64,000 nucleotides of DNA from Nymphaea colorata. Its lineage: Eukaryota. The position numbers and the translations under genes were made by a program. This document shows, piece after piece, positions 60,101 to 64,000 of this stretch (its first letter is position 1; each line of letters begins with the position of its first letter). Under the pieces are notes generated by a model. The model ran no database searches. It was not told where the DNA came from and was given only the letters and a program-made list of their open reading frames with translations. Location of the stretch: positions 19,096,001 through 19,160,000 of the forward strand of contig NC_045138.2 in NCBI RefSeq assembly GCF_008831285.2. The letters are read 5' to 3'.

Positions 60101-63100
60101 GCCAAAAAAAAATAAATCACCTCAACATTAGTACGGAGAGAGGTCATAAGAAGTGAGCATATCTGATGGCGCAAGACCTGACCAATAGCAAAATACTCAG
60201 TGGCTGCACATAATCAAGTGAACCTGCAAACGTACCAAGTCATGCCCCAAGAAGATGGTAGCTATGATACCTGTTCATAGGGAATGAGAAACCTGAATAT
60301 TGCAACATAGTTTGATAGGATGAACCTGCACTTTTAGGATTAGGATATTATTTCTCACAAAGAAGTACAACCCAAATATTTGTTTCCAATTTAAAAAGAG
60401 CAATTAGCAAGAAGTTTACTGTCAATAAACTTTTTTGCTGAAAATCAAATACATCTGTACATAAACGTGTACAACACATCAGAAACAAAAAATAAACAAA
60501 TGCAACTTTGACAAAAAAAAAATCTGGTCATAAATCATCGCTGGTGGTACTTCCTGAAATGAAGAAGACCATCAAATTGGTCATTCTAACAATTATGGAG
60601 AGATGTCCTTGCTATGCACCAGCAGCTACATCGTAGCCATAAATAACCTTGCTAGCGGGAAATATATTGGTAATTTAATGGGAAAAATAGCTTCCACCAC
60701 TTGTTAACTAAAAAAATCACATTTTTTCGTTAGTGGCTGTCAGTGTTAAAATGAATAATCTAAGATCCTAAACATATGGGCTGGATCCAAGACAAGATAG
60801 ACAAAATAGCTTCCACCATTTGTTAACAAGAAAAATATCATATTTTGTTGCTGTTTATCAGAGTTGCAAAGTGAAAATAACCTAAAGAAGTGAAAACTAT
60901 TTATTTTAAAAAACATGATAATAAGTTCTACTTTTATAATGAAAAGATACTAAAAGCACTCACTTCCTGCATGAAGATAGCTCCAGACCCATGTTTTCCT
61001 TCCCAAACATATAATAGTTCCACATATCACACTCTTAAAGAAGTGAAAGAGTCAGATCCATAACTGACAAGGGCTTTATATGCCATTGCCCATCAAGCAA
61101 GGGAAAGAAAGGTTCTGGTGTTTCTGAAGAACATTCATTGTGCATCATGCTCTGGTATGTAATATGATCTGAAGGATGTATTTGGGAAATATAGCCAATG
61201 AACATAAAATACATTTGTTAGACTAGCTTCAAACCTCTTCTGCGGTTACAAAACACCATACATAGAATAAGATATATTACAGTGTGCAATTGTTTTCCTA
61301 AAAGAAATCTCAATTATACCATGGTATTCTTAAAAAAATCTTGTTTCACATATATGAATATATCTTCCCTTTCATGATTTAGTCCTTAAGCCCTATCCAG
61401 CTTTCTTATATAGTTATAAAAGAAAATACTGTTGAAGGCTTGAAGCGTACTTTTTTTGTTCGTTTAATTTGTTAAGACATCCTTAAATTTTGAAAAACAG
61501 TTTTGTAAGAAACCCACTTGAAAAGAAATCCTGTAAGAAGCTTCATCGAGAAATCCTTTAAAAGTATTGTTATGCGACATGTTGAATAATATTTATGTTA
61601 GGTGGTGCTTTGAATATTTAATAGTTTTAGGAACAACTTTTTATTATTAGTTGTTTTAGTCTTGGACTTATTTTGTAATTTGTTGGTTTCACCCTAATTC
61701 TCATTTAACATGAGATTAGGGCAGATTAATGGGTATCAATCAGAGTTTTTCTCTCTCTCTCTCTGTCTTTTTCGACCTCGTCTCTTCTCCCTTGATCTTA
61801 CGCAACACGACACAAAAATAAGAGAGTATCTGGTAGTAATACTATGAATAAGGGGAAAGAGAAAAAGAATATTTGAAGGACATCTGAAGCCCTCAACAGT
61901 AGATGCACAAGAAGATGAAAATTTAGTGGAAAAGAAAGTTACATGGCCTCATCTTCACCAAATAGACAAGGTATAACAGGAATAGAACTCACTCCAATAT
62001 ATCAAGTGCAAATCCCCGCTGAACAGAACTGACTCGCAGCCACAATCCCTATATCTCAATGCAAAGCAGAGTTTCCATCACCATGATATACTAGAATAAA
62101 AGTAAACGATTATGAAGCAACTAGTGAGCAGCTTCAACATCAGATGAAGAACGTTATTAAAACAAAAACTGGAGTCAGCAGTTCTAACAGCACAACAAAC
62201 AGAAGAAAGCTTATAATCAGAATTCAGCATTGAAAATGTGAAAAAAGACCAAGATCATATGGCACATACAGATCCACCTGCCGCAAGTGCTGTCAGGTCC
62301 TCTAGTAATTGAAGGCCAAGTCTACCTTCTCCCGTTAGACTCTCTTGTGAAGCTGGTTGCAAGCTGGAAATAATATTGCTATCCAATGACCTGTAAAGAA
62401 TTGAACCACAATCACAGAATGACAAGCTTGCAATTAAAATGGTAACTAAATGACCAAGCATGTCATAATAATCACAGTAGAATAGAAACAAAAAATAAAC
62501 GCTGTAAAAGGCCTGGCCTGGAGTAGCAAAAGGTTACTTACACTGAGTTATGGATACTGCGATTGACATCGCCTGAGACAGAATTGGTCCGGGAAACATG
62601 GCTGCCCAAACCTGACTTACCAGCTGGAAGGGACTCTGCATGAATGACATGATCGAAAACCAAAGCAGAGGCTTGTCTGAATGTAGCAGCTGCAGTGCTG
62701 AAATTGCAAGACAATCTTGAAGATTCTATACAATAATATAGAAACTAGATAATCAAAAGAAATCTAACAGAAAAATCTAGAAGTTCCAAGCTAGCTCACT
62801 TGCGCACACTGTCTGGGGAACGATTATTCTCAAGCAGTCTGAGAATGATTCCAAGTGATTGACACATATCATCCTGGAAAAACAAGGTCAACTTTCCTGA
62901 AATAACTTTCCACCAAAGTCATAATGGATTACAAGTCATCCGCACCTCATTTTTCGGATGTAAATTTGACTGAAATATTATCAGTATAGTTTGCAATGTT
63001 TTGAGCTGAACATTATCATCTGCCATTTCAGAATGCTGAAGGATGAACATAAACAGGAAAAATTAGGAAGCCAAGACACAAATGGACAAACTGCAGAAAC

Positions 63101-64000
63101 CATACAGTGTTTCAAGCACAACTTCTCAACAGGGAAACTTAGATTTGTCTCATGATAAACATAACTTAAAGGAACTTCCACATGCATTCAAACATGGAAT
63201 ATTTACATGTAACCACTATTCAAAATTTGGTTGCTGATAGCAAAAATCTTCATGTTACATACAAAAGGATCTGGCAGTTCTATAGCATTCTCAAGGAAAC
63301 TGAGATTTGTCTCATGATAAACATAGCTTAAAGGAACTTCCACATGCATTCAAACATGGAATATTTACATGTAACCACTATTCAAAATTTGGTTGCTGAT
63401 AGCCAAAATCTTCATGTTACATACACAAGGATCTGGCAGTTCTATAGTATTCTCAAATCATCTTCATTACACGGGAAATACACATATACTGAGGTGGACA
63501 ATGTGTTTGTTTCACGTAATAACAATTTTTTACTTCCAGCCAATAACAATTTGAGGTAGCCAACTGAGGAATATCTAATGATGTATATCTTATTGAGAAT
63601 TTTCGGTTCTCATTGATCCATGTCTGGTAGCTATTTTTCTTATCTAATTTCTGTGATGGTGCACTCTGAAAGTTAAACGGGAATGAATGTCTGAAATAAC
63701 CGACTTATCATACAATCGGCTAGTATAACTTTTTAATATTACAAAATTCAAACAGTATACATCTAGTAAGCAGACCAAAACCAAAAATAAAGACTATAAA
63801 TCTTGCTTGAATTCATATAATCGGCAATGCCAGAAAAGGGATTCAAGTGATTCAAAAAAAAAAAACAACTTCCTATCCAATGAACTAGATTTCTAAATTT
63901 AGAAACTTCATAACACTTACATCTTTCAATGTAGCTAATATCTCCTTCAGAGCTGATTGTGCAACAGCATCATGTGAAATCAGCTTTTGCAAGCACGACA
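33147..64000 (-). CDS. MON2: MON2 homolog (ARF-GEF-related endosome/Golgi trafficking scaffold), more than 30 exons, 5' end beyond the window
   Basis: Recognised exons include 64000-63921 (SCLQKLISHDAVAQSALKEILATLKD), 63035-62946 (HSEMADDNVQLKTLQTILIIFQ), 60001-59900 (GEAGEPYFRRLVLRSVAH), ~57265-57185 (LPLWHRILVLEILR), ~49963-49813 (EWSLENDASNAAVVVASEAHAITLA), ~47489-47424 (ALRTLFNIAHRLHNVLGPSW), ~42405-42257 (INISLTAIGLLW), ~41492-41362 (RNSAIRTLFQTL), ~40443-40328 (RNTAQKQWDETIVLVLGG), ~36396-36072, ~34062-33858, and last exon 33234-33147 (EARVRELVQVLLRLIAIELGLQKGSVVD*). Confidence 0.93.
33410..33665 (+). mobile_element. Degenerate Ty3/gypsy pol fragment (protease-RT linker) in the last MON2 intron
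   Basis: Frameshifted translation ..YEAFLAS..; VVCEF/TDAFPKELLRLPPNHGIEFAINFIPGTQ..; ALVELEEL. This resembles the gypsy consensus VVxEFPDVFPEELPGLPPxRxIEFxIDLxPGT..APxELxEL. Confidence 0.75.
34802..35082. mobile_element. Small non-autonomous DNA transposon (hAT/Mutator-type MITE)
   Basis: Imperfect TIR (TATGTCACATGGGTGC versus reverse complement TACGTGACATGGTTGC) flanked by the direct repeat AGTTATAGCC (34792-34801, 35083-35092). The true TSD is 8-10 bp depending on where the ends are placed. Confidence 0.7.
51180..51320. repeat. Compound (TA)/(TATG)/(TG) microsatellite within a degenerate GACTAGTC-motif element (~50960-51440)
   Basis: The microsatellite is directly visible. Its flanks carry repeated AACTAGT/GACTA motifs, suggesting a decayed MITE. 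Confidence 0.8.
54374..54645 (+). mobile_element. 5' LTR plus primer-binding site of a truncated LTR retrotransposon
   Basis: TGTTG (54374) ... CAACA (54633) is immediately followed by TGGTATCAGACC, one mismatch from the tRNA-iMet PBS TGGTATCAGAGC. A decayed internal region follows; I found no 3' LTR. Confidence 0.8.
61580..61807 (+). mobile_element. Solo LTR, 228 bp
   Basis: Termini TGTTG...CAACA with perfect 5-bp TSD CGACA (61575-61579, 61808-61812). It shares a TGAGATTAGG core and a CT-rich 3' part with the LTR at 54374. Confidence 0.88.
63133..63456. repeat. 162-bp near-perfect tandem duplication in a MON2 intron
   Basis: GGAAACT.AGATTTGTCTCATGATAAACATA...GGCAGTTCTATAG.ATTCTCAA occurs at 63133 and 63295 with only a few substitutions. 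Confidence 0.92.

Overview
Plant (angiosperm) nuclear genomic DNA, intron-rich; the species cannot be fixed from sequence alone. There are six protein-coding loci. (1) An intronless PLS-class DYW pentatricopeptide RNA-editing factor resembling LOI1/MEF11 (1394-3595, -). (2) A 4-coding-exon PLATZ zinc-finger gene not visible as one ORF (4419-11912, -). (3) A 15-coding-exon DWNN/zinc-knuckle/RING gene of the RBBP6/Mpe1/PQT3 family (16378-24863, -) with a long upstream leader region. (4, 5) A tandem pair of SMP-family (D-34) LEA genes on the + strand; the second is shorter by an apparent exact 500-bp internal deletion. (6) A large MON2 homolog (33147 to beyond 64000, -), 5'-truncated by the window edge. 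Introns hold a hAT-type MITE with a perfect 8-bp TSD, a solo LTR with a perfect 5-bp TSD, a related LTR+PBS remnant, a Ty3/gypsy pol relic, other MITEs and microsatellites. I found no clearly novel multi-gene system. The best leads are candidate truncating splice choices in the RBBP6-like gene, including a predicted 96-aa DWNN-only isoform, and the one-domain LEA paralog. Family assignments are from recalled motifs, not database searches, and exon structures are manual predictions.
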